Below, piece by piece: positions 18,460-27,490 of a stretch of 64,000 nucleotides of DNA. The notes beneath the pieces were generated by a model that did not search any database, was not told the DNA's origin, and saw nothing but the letters and a program-made list of their open reading frames with translations. Within the stretch, counting starts at the first letter, position 1, and every line of letters starts with the position of its first letter. The DNA is from a virus (lineage: Duplodnaviria > Caudoviricetes), in IMG/VR virus record IMGVR_UViG_3300033069_001185, positions 1-64,000 of that record; one strand, written 5' to 3'. Both the position numbers and the translations under genes were made by a program.

Positions 18460-19549
18460 GTAGGTCTAACACAACTTCGGCACCGGAATCAAGAAGATAT
18501 TGCTTAATACTTTCTACTTTGCCAGCCCGCAGCTTGAACAAAGCGTCCGGACATTTGCTTAGCTTGGCCTGTTTGGCAAACTCTTTCTGTGCTTCTTTCT
18601 GATCCGCAATGTGGTCTACTTTGATAGATGCATAGTCTTCCGTAAGGTCTTTGACTAGGCTCTGAAACGAAGCCGTTGCTTCTTCGAACAGGACTTTCCA
18701 TTCCGGGAAGTAACTCAGCACCTCAGCACCTTCTCCGGTTAGCACAATCCCCATGATTTTCTTGGGAGTAGGTCCTTCGTTGCCCTTCAAATGGTGCAGC
18801 GAAACATAGTTTGGGTGCTTGATTTTGATACGATTGAACTGATCGTCGACTACGACATATCCTTCTGAATCAATTCCAGAGAAATTAGCAAACGTATTGA
18901 TAATTTCATCCAATGAGCCAAGTCCAAAGGTCTTGACCTTTTGATAGTTAGGATAATACAAGGACCGTACCGGCTCTTCTTTCTGGGTCAGATTGTTTCT
19001 GATCCCAATAAGCGTTAGCTGAGCCTTTCGGTACGGAACTACAATTCGGTTATAAGGAGAAGTCAGTTCAAAGATAAAGGTGAAGCCATTTTGGGAGATC
19101 ATGGGCAGTTCGTACCCCATGGATTTGTAGGTTTCCCAGAAAAGCTCTGCGAATGTTATCTCGAATCCATGGACATTCCCACCCGCATCTGGCGAGCCAT
19201 TAGAAGCAACACGCCATTCTCCTTTGTACCAATACATGGACATAATAGAGCCGTCCAGCTTTTCCTGCACTACAGCGCTTGTCCAGTCAATCTTGGCCGC
19301 ATTGGGCTCGTCGGCATTGAAGAACTTGGTGAAAGGGAACGACACCACTTTCCAAAAATCCGATTCATCCAAGATCAGGCCGCGACATTCTCTAACAATC
19401 GGAGAAGTCATATCGGCATTGATTTGATTGTACTTTAACATTACCAGATTGTTAAACTGGGAATGCCGACGTACATCAATGCCGTAGGTATCGGGCAACT
19501 CTTGAAGAGTGATTTCTTTGTTAAGCAGTTTCTGTTGGATCTTTAGCAT
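18440..19549 (-). CDS. RNA ligase, T4 Rnl1-like
   Basis: ECRGLI, PF.KFFN, motif I EKLDGS, FEL, EGYVV, KIK. Confidence 0.92.
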   Translation of the reverse strand: MLKIQQKLLNKEITLQELPDTYGIDVRRHSQFNNLVMLKYNQINADMTSPIVRECRGLILDESDFWKVVSFPFTKFFNADEPNAAKIDWTSAVVQEKLDGSIMSMYWYKGEWRVASNGSPDAGGNVHGFEITFAELFWETYKSMGYELPMISQNGFTFIFELTSPYNRIVVPYRKAQLTLIGIRNNLTQKEEPVRSLYYPNYQKVKTFGLGSLDEIINTFANFSGIDSEGYVVVDDQFNRIKIKHPNYVSLHHLKGNEGPTPKKIMGIVLTGEGAEVLSYFPEWKVLFEEATASFQSLVKDLTEDYASIKVDHIADQKEAQKEFAKQAKLSKCPDALFKLRAGKVESIKQYLLDSGAEVVLDLLEDANA

Positions 19550-19553
19550 AAAA

Positions 19554-19677
19554 TTAGTTCTGGTCTTGGCTCAGGAGGTACTTCAGATAGTCGTCTATAT
19601 TGATAGTAATGCCTCCTCCTTTATAAAGCGTGGCTCTCCATCATGCGTTCGATTCGTTCTGGTGTAGGTTTTTTCAT
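19554..19677 (-). pseudogene. pentapeptide-family gene with entire repeat core deleted
   Basis: MKKPTPERIERMMESHAL* joined out of frame to ...GITINIDDYLKYLLSQDQN*. Confidence 0.7.
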
Positions 19678-20141
19678 TTTGTTACTCCGAAAAGCCTGAA
19701 GTAATCGTCTATGTTTAAGGAGTACGACATCTTAGATTTGACGGTGTTCATTTTGTATAGAGTGATTTCGGGGGCATCTTGGGCATAGCTACACAGAAAA
19801 ACTTTTGCGATGCTTGTCTCATAGACGGTCGTTTGGTCGAAAAGCGCATCTAAAAATGAACCATCGAAGCCTTCAACTAAACGGAAATCTGCATACTCAA
19901 AAGTCGCATCTTTTAGCAGACATTTTTCAAACCGGCAACTATCAAGTCTCGAATCCTCAAAATTTGCGTTTGTTAAGTCGCAGTTAACAAAGTCTGCTCC
20001 GCTCAGGTCAAGAAATGACAGGGTTCTTGAACCTAGATCCATATTGGAAAACTCAGCACGTTTTCCTTTGCTTTTCCCGATGACCCAATTTTCATGGTCT
20101 TTGACGATTTTTGCTATCTCTTTTTTAGTAGGTCTAAACAT
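19674..20141 (-). CDS. pentapeptide-repeat protein, member 3
   Basis: RPTKKEI..H..W cap, ADFVNCDLTNANF, LNIDDY tail. Confidence 0.8.
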   Translation of the reverse strand: MFRPTKKEIAKIVKDHENWVIGKSKGKRAEFSNMDLGSRTLSFLDLSGADFVNCDLTNANFEDSRLDSCRFEKCLLKDATFEYADFRLVEGFDGSFLDALFDQTTVYETSIAKVFLCSYAQDAPEITLYKMNTVKSKMSYSLNIDDYFRLFGVTK

Positions 20142-20144
20142 AAA

Positions 20145-20219
20145 CGATCTTGGCTGGACTCGAACCAGCGACCCTCGGCTTAGAAGGCCGATGCTCTAAT
20201 CCATCTGAGCTACAAGACC
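20145..20219 (-). tRNA. tRNA-Arg(TCT), no encoded CCA
   Basis: cloverleaf, TCGGC-CT TCT AA-GCCGA. Confidence 0.92.
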
Positions 20220-20249
20220 TTCCCTTTTGGTGTTGATAAACTTCATTTA

Positions 20250-20816
20250 TTAGGGGTGGTTTCTTTGAATATATTTCACGGCTTGGTCTGCTGTGTCGAA
20301 TTTTGCGATAGTCCGTGGAGTTCCATACGAAGTTATTGTTAGCAAGAATTCTCCCGGCTTGGTCTGAAGCTTATATGAGCCGTACTTGCTGCAAGTGTCT
20401 TCCAAGATGTTGAACCAAACATAACCGTCTTCGTGAGGAGTGAGAACCTTCATGAGAGTCTCTATCCCCGCCACTGCCTTCTTTGCTCCTTCGTTTGTTT
20501 TATCGACCCCAAACGAAACTGCAACCTCCCCTGTGTCGGTCCAAATCCCGCCCCTCCGCATACCGAACTCTTCATGGAGCCGATTGCTCAAATGTGCATA
20601 TGCGACCGAAGACGAATCTTTGTTCATTTCGAACAGTTGTTTCCAACCTATCTCAGGGTTCTGAGCCAAAACCAAAGCGTCTCTTTCGTCTTCCAGCTCT
20701 TCAATTTCATCGTAGCTAGAACGAAGTCGATCGTCGATAGGCTTCTTCTTGGCAAACAACTCAGTTCGCTCTGCCTGAAGTTGTTCGATTTTACTCTTAA
20801 TTTCTTCCAGAGTCAT
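20250..20816 (-). CDS. hypothetical protein with N-terminal coiled coil
   Basis: AAGGA RBS, 188 aa. Confidence 0.7.
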   Translation of the reverse strand: MTLEEIKSKIEQLQAERTELFAKKKPIDDRLRSSYDEIEELEDERDALVLAQNPEIGWKQLFEMNKDSSSVAYAHLSNRLHEEFGMRRGGIWTDTGEVAVSFGVDKTNEGAKKAVAGIETLMKVLTPHEDGYVWFNILEDTCSKYGSYKLQTKPGEFLLTITSYGTPRTIAKFDTADQAVKYIQRNHP

Positions 20817-20987
20817 ATTAATCCTTTTTAAGCCGCCCTTTCAGGTTTTTGATATCCAACATCAGCTTCTCAATTTTTTCCCAGTACATGGTTCTATCAT
20901 CGAAGAGAGCCTGTTGCAAGCGGCGAATCTCCTTGTTCGCTTCTTCTAGCGAGACGTGATCTGGAGTCATTTCGTTGGGATCCATTT

Positions 20988-21377
20988 TCATACTAGCGTT
21001 TCGACGGCGTAGTTGTTGTCCATTGCCTTGACGGCTTCCACCACGATCTGGTCTTTCGCATCAGAAACAAGATCAATCGAGATGGACTCTTCGGTCGGGG
21101 CGGTAATCACAGCCGGTTCTGGTTTGGTTTCAGGAACGGGACTATCAATAACGATTTTGTCGCTGCGATCCAGCAGACCCGTTTCAATCTCTACAAAGCT
21201 TTCTGTCACGTGGCGGGTAATACGAGTGCCCACTACAGCATTGCCAAGCTTTTCCTTCAGGTCCGCGATGTAGGCCTGAGCCTCTTCCTTGGTATCTACC
21301 TCGATCCGACGGATCGATTTGGGCTCGAATTTGTTCTTGACCACAACGACTTCGGCTTCAAAGATAGTATCAGACAT
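20988..21377 (-). CDS. hypothetical acidic protein
   Basis: start reassigned to MSDTIFE after AGGAG. Confidence 0.65.
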   Translation of the reverse strand: MSDTIFEAEVVVVKNKFEPKSIRRIEVDTKEEAQAYIADLKEKLGNAVVGTRITRHVTESFVEIETGLLDRSDKIVIDSPVPETKPEPAVITAPTEESISIDLVSDAKDQIVVEAVKAMDNNYAVETLV

Positions 21378-21378
21378 T

Positions 21379-21882
21379 TTATACTCCTGAATTATGATAT
21401 ATTTGCTTCCATTCTGCTGGCAATACAGCGCTTTGCATCTTTTGATACAAGCTATAAATGGTGTTTCGTGGCACTGAGTGTACATTACGAGCCACACATA
21501 CGTCAATAGGGCAAATGATGTTAACAATACTGAACTCAATATCAGCGTCTTTAGAGTAAAATTGAATTTCGTCAATATAAGGTTGGATACTTTTCTTAGT
21601 CAGATTGGTATTGTCAACAAAGATAGCGCAATTTTGCGCATTGGCCAATGTCCTAGCGAACTTTCCTTTGCAGGCACCATGAGCTTCTGGAAGTCTTTCA
21701 GGATCGTAGTCGTACTGAAAACAACCAAGAGCCGAGTCCCACTTCATGAACGAGTGGTCAGCAGAGCAAATGACAACATCGATCCCAAGGTCTTCAAAAA
21801 CCTTGGACATATCATTTACATACGTGGACTTTCCGGAACCCGGTAGTCCACGCATTATGAAGACCTTGATCTGGGGTTTCAT
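21379..21882 (-). CDS. P-loop kinase, Pnk/AAA_33-like
   Basis: MRGLPGSGKST, SAD, VDNTN, RNVH.VP. Confidence 0.85.
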   Translation of the reverse strand: MKPQIKVFIMRGLPGSGKSTYVNDMSKVFEDLGIDVVICSADHSFMKWDSALGCFQYDYDPERLPEAHGACKGKFARTLANAQNCAIFVDNTNLTKKSIQPYIDEIQFYSKDADIEFSIVNIICPIDVCVARNVHSVPRNTIYSLYQKMQSAVLPAEWKQIYHNSGV

Positions 21883-22128
21883 TCACTTGTCTTCGCTTTT
21901 GTCTTCCAAGAGAGCCGTTGCCTGTCGACGAGAAGAAGTAAAGAGGATATGTACAATGCTATATACGAGGTAAATCATATACAAGCTAATAGCATCGGTA
22001 AACCCAAAGGTCTGGGGTGCCGGTACGTATGACAGTACCTGTCGTACAAATACCGCCAAAAACGCCGAACCGATCAGCGTCTCAAGCAAAGCAAACAGCC
22101 ACATCACAACAAACGATTTCATATTCAT
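21883..22128 (-). CDS. two-TM membrane protein
   Basis: two hydrophobic segments. Confidence 0.6.
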   Translation of the reverse strand: MNMKSFVVMWLFALLETLIGSAFLAVFVRQVLSYVPAPQTFGFTDAISLYMIYLVYSIVHILFTSSRRQATALLEDKSEDK

Positions 22129-22364
22129 TTTTTCACCTTATCTGTATGCCAGTTACACCAGCGAGAGTGACCTATTTCACCCTTTTTGTACCCTACTTTT
22201 GCTCCACCGCATTCACATCGGTCTATAACTCTATCAAAATCTAACTCCAATGTACAGGCTTTTACTGGAGTCTCTCCAAAGTATATTTCTTCGTAGCCAC
22301 AAACCCCGCAAACCCTTGGGGTAAACGGCGGATCTTGCGGATCTTTAGGCCTGAACGAGTGCAT
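22125..22364 (-). CDS. small Cys/His zinc-binding protein
   Basis: CGVC, CECG...H..WC. Confidence 0.55.
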   Translation of the reverse strand: MHSFRPKDPQDPPFTPRVCGVCGYEEIYFGETPVKACTLELDFDRVIDRCECGGAKVGYKKGEIGHSRWCNWHTDKVKK

Positions 22365-22434
22365 AGATAATCGCAAACAGCACAGTGAGGTCAAACAAAC
22401 CGGCTAGAACGAGGGTTTTTCGAGTGATTCGCAT
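22345..22434 (-). CDS. 29-aa single-TM peptide (below ORF track cutoff)
   Basis: GGAG RBS after promoter; MRITRKTLVLAGLFDLTVLFAIIYALVQA. Confidence 0.55.
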   Translation of the reverse strand: MRITRKTLVLAGLFDLTVLFAIIYALVQA

Positions 22435-22470
22435 TTGAGGTTCTCCAAGACACTGCGTTGTTGTGCGGTG

Positions 22471-22500
22471 TTTATATCAAAACGAGTACCGCCATGTCAA
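22471..22500 (-). promoter_or_regulatory. sigma70-type early promoter
   Basis: TTGACA-18-TATAAA. Confidence 0.8.
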
Positions 22501-22510
22501 GTGATAAAAA

Positions 22511-22593
22511 CAACATGGAGGGAGTTGAACCCTCGTTCAGCCTGCGCTCGCTGAACCCTACGTCAAACCCCCAAGAGGGTCGGCGTCATGTCA
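22511..22593 (-). ncRNA. aberrant tRNA-like RNA
   Basis: TGACATG/CATGTTG acceptor-like stem, T arm GAGGG-TTCAACT-CCCTC, two non-canonical arms. Confidence 0.6.
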
Positions 22594-22635
22594 TCTCCCT
22601 CCCCAAGGAGCGACCTTGGAGCACGGAATCTTAAA

Positions 22636-22715
22636 TGCACAGACGTGGAATCGAACCACGAATGCCCGAAGGCCACAGATTTACAGTCTGCTGAGCGCCA
22701 TCGCTCACTCTGTGC
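22636..22715 (-). tRNA. tRNA-Tyr(GTA), no encoded CCA
   Basis: GCAGA-CT GTA AA-TCTGT, variable hairpin, TTCGATT. Confidence 0.9.
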
Positions 22716-22721
22716 TTAATA

Positions 22722-22793
22722 TTGGCCCACCAAGAGTTGAACTTGGATCTAGCACTTATAAGGTGCTGGCTCTAACCGTTGAGCTATAGGCCG
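22722..22793 (-). tRNA. tRNA-Ile(TAT), no encoded CCA
   Basis: AGCAC-CT TAT AA-GTGCT; C1:A72 mismatch. Confidence 0.85.
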
Positions 22794-23044
22794 GGAGCTA
22801 CAAACAAACTACTTTTTCTAAAGTACTCAAATGTATCAGAATTACAAACAACACGGTTATATACAAATCGGAGTGCGCCGTCAAATGTATAATACTCTGT
22901 AGCTAAAGCTTTTTGATATCCAAGATAGTAGTCGTCCAGCTTGAAACTAACAATCCCGTCCGGAAAGGTCTCGTTAAGATAAAAGCTGATATATCCGTTG
23001 TCAGTCAAAATCACTTCCAGAAGGGAATCTTCCAGAACACGCAA
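22784..23044 (-). CDS. small protein with VCNSDTF motif
   Basis: ORF in operon; start uncertain. Confidence 0.5.
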   Translation of the reverse strand: MRVLEDSLLEVILTDNGYISFYLNETFPDGIVSFKLDDYYLGYQKALATEYYTFDGALRFVYNRVVCNSDTFEYFRKSSLFVAPGL

Positions 23045-23125
23045 AACACAGTCTGGATCTGGCTCTTTAAAGAATCGCGGCTATCAGCACTTTCGCAGTG
23101 AGAACTAAACGCCTCAAGAAGTTCA

Positions 23126-23548
23126 TTATTTACCTGTAGACCCGAGTCCGCCACCCCCCCGAACAGTACCGTCTAGTTCGTCCTCCGTCAATACCGCAAT
23201 GGCATGGGCGGCGAATACAATCTGGGCAATGCGATCTCCCGGCTGAATAACGAAATCCTTGTCTCCGTGATTGATAAGAATGACCTTGATAACACCACGA
23301 TAGTCCGAATCAATCGTTCCGGGAGAATTCAACACGGTTACCCCGTGCTTGGCTGCTAGGCCAGACCGTGGGCGAATCTGGCCCTCATAGCCATGAGGGA
23401 TTTCCAAGCTAACTCCGGTTGATACAATGCTAAAGGCTCCGGGCGCAATCTTAATTTGATAGTCAAGATGGGCATGGAGATCCATTCCAGCCGACCCTTC
23501 TGTTTGGTACTTCGGTTTGATAGCGCCCTTTTCAAGTTTAATTTTCAA
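23126..23548 (-). CDS. dut: trimeric dUTPase
   Basis: AGMDL, RSGLA, GTIDSDYRG, RIAQ, RGGGGLGSTG. Confidence 0.97.
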   Translation of the reverse strand: MKIKLEKGAIKPKYQTEGSAGMDLHAHLDYQIKIAPGAFSIVSTGVSLEIPHGYEGQIRPRSGLAAKHGVTVLNSPGTIDSDYRGVIKVILINHGDKDFVIQPGDRIAQIVFAAHAIAVLTEDELDGTVRGGGGLGSTGK

Positions 23549-23559
23549 TTGAATACCTT

Positions 23560-23841
23560 TTATTTGATTGGGTGGAGAGTAACAGTATAGTCACAAGACT
23601 CGTAAAGTTCTACTACTTTTTGTAAAGTATCTGCGTTCATTACACAAACAGTATCGTCATTGTTTACTTCATAGCTTTGGAGCTTCAAAAAGAGTGCATC
23701 GTAGTTTATTTCAATGTTTATGGCGTATGCATTTCGGACAGTATCGTCAGACATGTAATTAGATATAAGCGCCGTAAAGGCGCTTATGGCCTGAGCATTC
23801 TCGTCTTTATTGTTAACAACGCCAAAAATATAGTCGGACAT
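23560..23841 (-). CDS. small protein, paralog of 23849-24175
   Basis: VMNADTLQKVVELY...Y.V.LH. Confidence 0.6.
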   Translation of the reverse strand: MSDYIFGVVNNKDENAQAISAFTALISNYMSDDTVRNAYAINIEINYDALFLKLQSYEVNNDDTVCVMNADTLQKVVELYESCDYTVTLHPIK

Positions 23842-23848
23842 TGGTGTT

Positions 23849-24175
23849 TTAAAACAGTTTTAGCGATTGATGCAATATCACTTCATAACCTTGGTTTTGG
23901 ATAAACTCGATTATTGAACCCAGAGTGTCTTCAGACAAGACCGCCGTGTAGTTACCAAACAGCCAATCGTCCTCGACTTTTCCGGTTGCAATTTTGATAA
24001 GCTCGTACCTTACAGACTCTTCAAAAACAATCTCCGTACCTTGAGTAAGGGTCACCTTGTTGTCTTCAATCGAATTGTTAATTTTGAATTTAAATAAGGA
24101 TAGCTGCCAACTAGGCTTACCTACGATTTTGATATGCAAATTGCCAATCTCGGCAGATATTGTTACTTTGTCCAT
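23849..24175 (-). CDS. small protein, paralog of 23560-23841
   Basis: VLSEDTLGSIIEFI...Y.V.LH. Confidence 0.6.
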   Translation of the reverse strand: MDKVTISAEIGNLHIKIVGKPSWQLSLFKFKINNSIEDNKVTLTQGTEIVFEESVRYELIKIATGKVEDDWLFGNYTAVLSEDTLGSIIEFIQNQGYEVILHQSLKLF

Positions 24176-24594
24176 ATTGATATAAATGAGCCGCCGACAA
24201 TCCTTTTGGCAAACGTGTTTAAGCTAATATACGGTTTTTGTAAAGCAGGATCTGCGATATAGACTCTTGAACCGGAAAACCCTCTTACCACAATCCAGTG
24301 GTCTGAATCAACATAACAAATCAGTATTCGGTTTTTCTTGGACTGGGACTTCATGGCACGCAATGTGCAGAAAGTTTCTGAAAACACCTTGGTCGTAAGT
24401 CCGTATACATTTAGCGTAGCTACTATGTCTTTTTGATATGTGCCTGAATTCCTGTCTGTATTGAGCAGCTCAGACATAACAGGCCTATGAGACTTGTCTA
24501 TACCAAACAGTTCTGCTATCATATAGACACAGCATCTGCCGCAGCTATAGTCGTCGTTTTGATATATAAACTTAAAGTTTTTGATAAAGTCCAT
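24163..24594 (-). CDS. C39-like cysteine peptidase
   Basis: Q....SCG..C, HWIVV, IADPA. Confidence 0.8.
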   Translation of the reverse strand: MDFIKNFKFIYQNDDYSCGRCCVYMIAELFGIDKSHRPVMSELLNTDRNSGTYQKDIVATLNVYGLTTKVFSETFCTLRAMKSQSKKNRILICYVDSDHWIVVRGFSGSRVYIADPALQKPYISLNTFAKRIVGGSFISIWTK

Positions 24595-24645
24595 GAGCAA
24601 GACAGATAATAACACAAAACTTAGTCTTAGAGAAATGACGTATTA

Positions 24646-25167
24646 ATGTATAAGCCAACACAGATCGAAATAGATAAGATGATGGAGGCCCATTCTGTTT
24701 GGCTGTCTAGTGCTCCCAATGCAGGCAAACAGGCTAATTTTAGCAATATGGATTTGGAAGGCATCAGCCTTGAGGGTCGGAACTTGTCGTTGGCGATACT
24801 TTCCGGGACTAAATTTGCTGGGTCAAATCTTCGAGACGCCTCACTTTGCAATTCTATGTTGAGTAAAAAAACCAATTTTGTCGGCGCAAATCTAGAACAG
24901 ACACACATCAGCAGTATGAATCTATCGCACTGCTCTTTCGATCCGGTCGGGCTTTCCAAAGCCCTGTACCTCTACAACGTAACTGTTGCTATTCGAGGTC
25001 GCAATTTTCTGAGGTTATTCACCCATACGCCGGATCTAACTACAGAAGAGGTCTTGGAGATAACGAAGCCACAGCCACAGACCACAATATTAAGATACCA
25101 CAACTTAATAGATATCAATCCAGACCAGTTTCTAGATTTGGTAGAAAGTGGGCTTTTTAGCCCCTAA
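24646..25167 (+). CDS. pentapeptide-repeat protein, member 4 (opposite orientation)
   Basis: MYKPTQIEI..H..WL..GKQANFSNMDL. Confidence 0.8.
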   Translation: MYKPTQIEIDKMMEAHSVWLSSAPNAGKQANFSNMDLEGISLEGRNLSLAILSGTKFAGSNLRDASLCNSMLSKKTNFVGANLEQTHISSMNLSHCSFDPVGLSKALYLYNVTVAIRGRNFLRLFTHTPDLTTEEVLEITKPQPQTTILRYHNLIDINPDQFLDLVESGLFSP

Positions 25168-25178
25168 TCTTATTGTTA
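25165..25178 (+). promoter_or_regulatory. putative late promoter, predicted +1 is A of ATG
   Basis: TAATCT-N6-T-ATG overlapping upstream stop. Confidence 0.7.
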
Positions 25179-25531
25179 TGCCTTACAATAACAATACTAG
25201 TGCGGTTATTTTTGAGTCACATGAAGAAAGACTCCAGACGGTAGAGTCTAATCAGACGGAACTAACCGCTAAGATTGCGGAAATTGCCAACGACCAAAAA
25301 CATGTGGTCAAGGCTCTTGAAGACTCTACAGATAGGGTTGTCGGAGAACTTGAAAAGCTCCACTCAGATCTGGGCAAACTCCACACAGACCTTAAGGGGT
25401 TTGATTCCCGTCTAGCACCCCTTGAACGGCAAGAAACCATTCGTGGTAATCGCTATAAGTGGTGGATAGCTCTCGCTACAACTGCAATTGGCGCTTTTAT
25501 CGGTGCAGTTATATCAAAGATAGTGGGGTAA
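25178..25531 (+). CDS. coiled coil with C-terminal TM (XhlA/holin-like)
   Basis: heptads then WWIALATTAIGAFIGAVI. Confidence 0.5.
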   Translation: MPYNNNTSAVIFESHEERLQTVESNQTELTAKIAEIANDQKHVVKALEDSTDRVVGELEKLHSDLGKLHTDLKGFDSRLAPLERQETIRGNRYKWWIALATTAIGAFIGAVISKIVG

Positions 25532-25538
25532 AACCCAA

Positions 25539-25781
25539 ATGAAAACAAGCTACAAAGAAGCCATTTCGAGCAAGAAGCTATGGTTTAGCGTGTTCGCTAT
25601 ATCAATAGCCTTTGTCTTTGCGTTTGTGGCTGCCAAGTACGTCCTGACCATGGTCCCGATGTACGAAACGTTCTCTGGCACGGTTATTGCTATAACTGCG
25701 GCATACCTGACAGGCAATGTAGTGAACAAGCTGGTTCTGTCTAAGGCCAAGACGCCAGAAGATCCCGATCAGAAGTCCTAA
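25539..25781 (+). CDS. two-TM holin-like protein
   Basis: SKKLW then 2 TM; late promoter. Confidence 0.5.
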   Translation: MKTSYKEAISSKKLWFSVFAISIAFVFAFVAAKYVLTMVPMYETFSGTVIAITAAYLTGNVVNKLVLSKAKTPEDPDQKS

Positions 25782-25793
25782 TCTAAGCGGCGT

Positions 25794-25807
25794 TAATCTA
25801 GGGTTTA
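25794..25807 (+). promoter_or_regulatory. putative late promoter (second copy at 25779)
   Basis: TAATCT-N6-TA. Confidence 0.6.
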
Positions 25808-25835
25808 TATGTCTTTTTAACCCGGAGATTAACAA

Positions 25836-26537
25836 ATGCGGATTTCTACTCTTTTCGTGCTGGTTGCGTTCACATTCAACTGCACTCACGCCGCACAGGC
25901 CCAATCCTTTTCAAGCTCCGGGCTTAGAATGGACGTTTCGAAGGAAACCGGCATCCTACCTTCACCTACAAATCACTATGTGCCGAAGATCGCGTTTGAG
26001 GCCGAGGTCGATTCAGACACAGTGGACCAAGCCATCACACTAATCAAAGCTTTGGGCGAACAAAAGGCAGAAGCCATCATTATTGAATGGAACTCTCCGG
26101 GGGGCTCAGTGGAAGACGGCTTCCGCCTAGCCAAGGCAATCGAAAACAGTCCAGTACCAGTTATTTGCGTAGTCGACGGAACTGCCGCTTCGATGGCAGC
26201 TTATCTGCAACAGTCGTGCCATGTTCGCATTATGACCAAACGGTCGACTTTAATGATTCACGAACCAGCCATGGGCGGAAGATTCAGCGGTCAACAAACC
26301 GAATGGCGCTCTATTGTTGACTGGCTTGCTGCAATGACCAAAGCGATGGTTGAGCACATGTGCCGTCGCACTAAGATCTCCCCAGCAGATATGGAAGATA
26401 AAATCCGTGGTGGCAGTATGTGGTGGTTAGCTTGGGGCGAAGCCAAGTCTCTGGGCCTCGTGGATGTAGTAGTGGACTCAGTTTCCGATGTTACTTCATC
26501 GTACAGAAACGATCTGCAAGCGCCTGCAAGCCTTTAA
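25836..26537 (+). CDS. ClpP-like (S14) protease with signal peptide
   Basis: NSPGGSV, AASMA, MIHEP, EA..LGLVD; N-terminal hydrophobic ...AQA. Confidence 0.85.
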   Translation: MRISTLFVLVAFTFNCTHAAQAQSFSSSGLRMDVSKETGILPSPTNHYVPKIAFEAEVDSDTVDQAITLIKALGEQKAEAIIIEWNSPGGSVEDGFRLAKAIENSPVPVICVVDGTAASMAAYLQQSCHVRIMTKRSTLMIHEPAMGGRFSGQQTEWRSIVDWLAAMTKAMVEHMCRRTKISPADMEDKIRGGSMWWLAWGEAKSLGLVDVVVDSVSDVTSSYRNDLQAPASL

Positions 26538-26791
26538 GGCTCAAGGATTACCAGCTTTAGTTCGTATTCGAAGTAATTACGAGCGCCTTTACGATTCCAA
26601 TAGTCTACGTAACGGTAGGCGTCGTCGATATTCATGGTCCCTGCTAGGTAGGGAATCGATTCTGGGTCTCGATCTTCAGTCGAGTTTACGATTGACGCTC
26701 GGCCTGTTTTTAAAGGTAGTTCTGATCGGCCCGCTTTTTCTATATAATACCCTTCAGCAGTTACTATCATTTCAAGCACCTTAGCTTTCAT
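26534..26791 (-). CDS. N-x-D/YxY family small protein
   Basis: MNIDDAYRYVDYW. Confidence 0.65.
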   Translation of the reverse strand: MKAKVLEMIVTAEGYYIEKAGRSELPLKTGRASIVNSTEDRDPESIPYLAGTMNIDDAYRYVDYWNRKGARNYFEYELKLVILEP

Positions 26792-27009
26792 GTGAAATCA
26801 ACCCAGATTTCAACCTCTTCGTGGGTTCTTTCGTATTGCACAGTCCAGTATGAAATGTATTGATATATAACATCTGTATTACAATATACGTTTATAAATC
26901 CGAGACTTTCGTCGATCTTTGAATCGTCGATTATTCCGCCCGGCCAACTTTCTTTGCTTGCTTTTCCATCTATTCTGGCTTTGATTTTGTACTTTGACAG
27001 AAGCTTCAT
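26788..27009 (-). CDS. N-x-D/YxY family small protein
   Basis: CNTDVIYQYISYW. Confidence 0.65.
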   Translation of the reverse strand: MKLLSKYKIKARIDGKASKESWPGGIIDDSKIDESLGFINVYCNTDVIYQYISYWTVQYERTHEEVEIWVDFT

Positions 27010-27158
27010 AGCTCGGTAATGTCTGTAATCTTAAGATTTTTGGGAATCTTGACTCCGTTCATCTTGGCAAATGCTTTGATGATGTAAATCAAGGCCGATT
27101 CGAAGAAGAAATTATCGCGGCCTTCCCATTCAATCTTAACAATCTTAGTTTGTTTCAT
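27006..27158 (-). CDS. 50-aa protein, duplicate of 28011-28163
   Basis: MKQTKIVKIEWEG...PKNLKI.DITEL. Confidence 0.7.
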   Translation of the reverse strand: MKQTKIVKIEWEGRDNFFFESALIYIIKAFAKMNGVKIPKNLKITDITEL

Positions 27159-27160
27159 TT

Positions 27161-27490
27161 TTAGAACCCTAGAGCGATACAGCTTGGACATCCATTGTGA
27201 TGGTAATGTAGCGGGTCTTTTTCGGGACAATCTCTTACACCGCATTGGCTGCACTCAAGTTTTGCGGAAGAGTGGCCGCACGGTCTTTGTATATATGCTC
27301 TTAATCCGGCAGTCAATGCTTCCTGCTCTAATTTAAGGAGGTTATCTATGTTGCATCTAGCAACAATCATTACTTCGGCAAGAACCAAGTCTTTTAATTT
27401 ATCAAAAGACCCTATATCATCAAGATAGTTATCAACATAAAACCTACTAACAGTTTTCTGGACCACAAGCCCATAAATGATTTCATTCAT
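27161..27490 (-). CDS. small protein with CNIDNL motif and C-terminal Zn finger
   Basis: CSQCG..DCP...HYH..GCPSC. Confidence 0.6.
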   Translation of the reverse strand: MNEIIYGLVVQKTVSRFYVDNYLDDIGSFDKLKDLVLAEVMIVARCNIDNLLKLEQEALTAGLRAYIQRPCGHSSAKLECSQCGVRDCPEKDPLHYHHNGCPSCIALGF

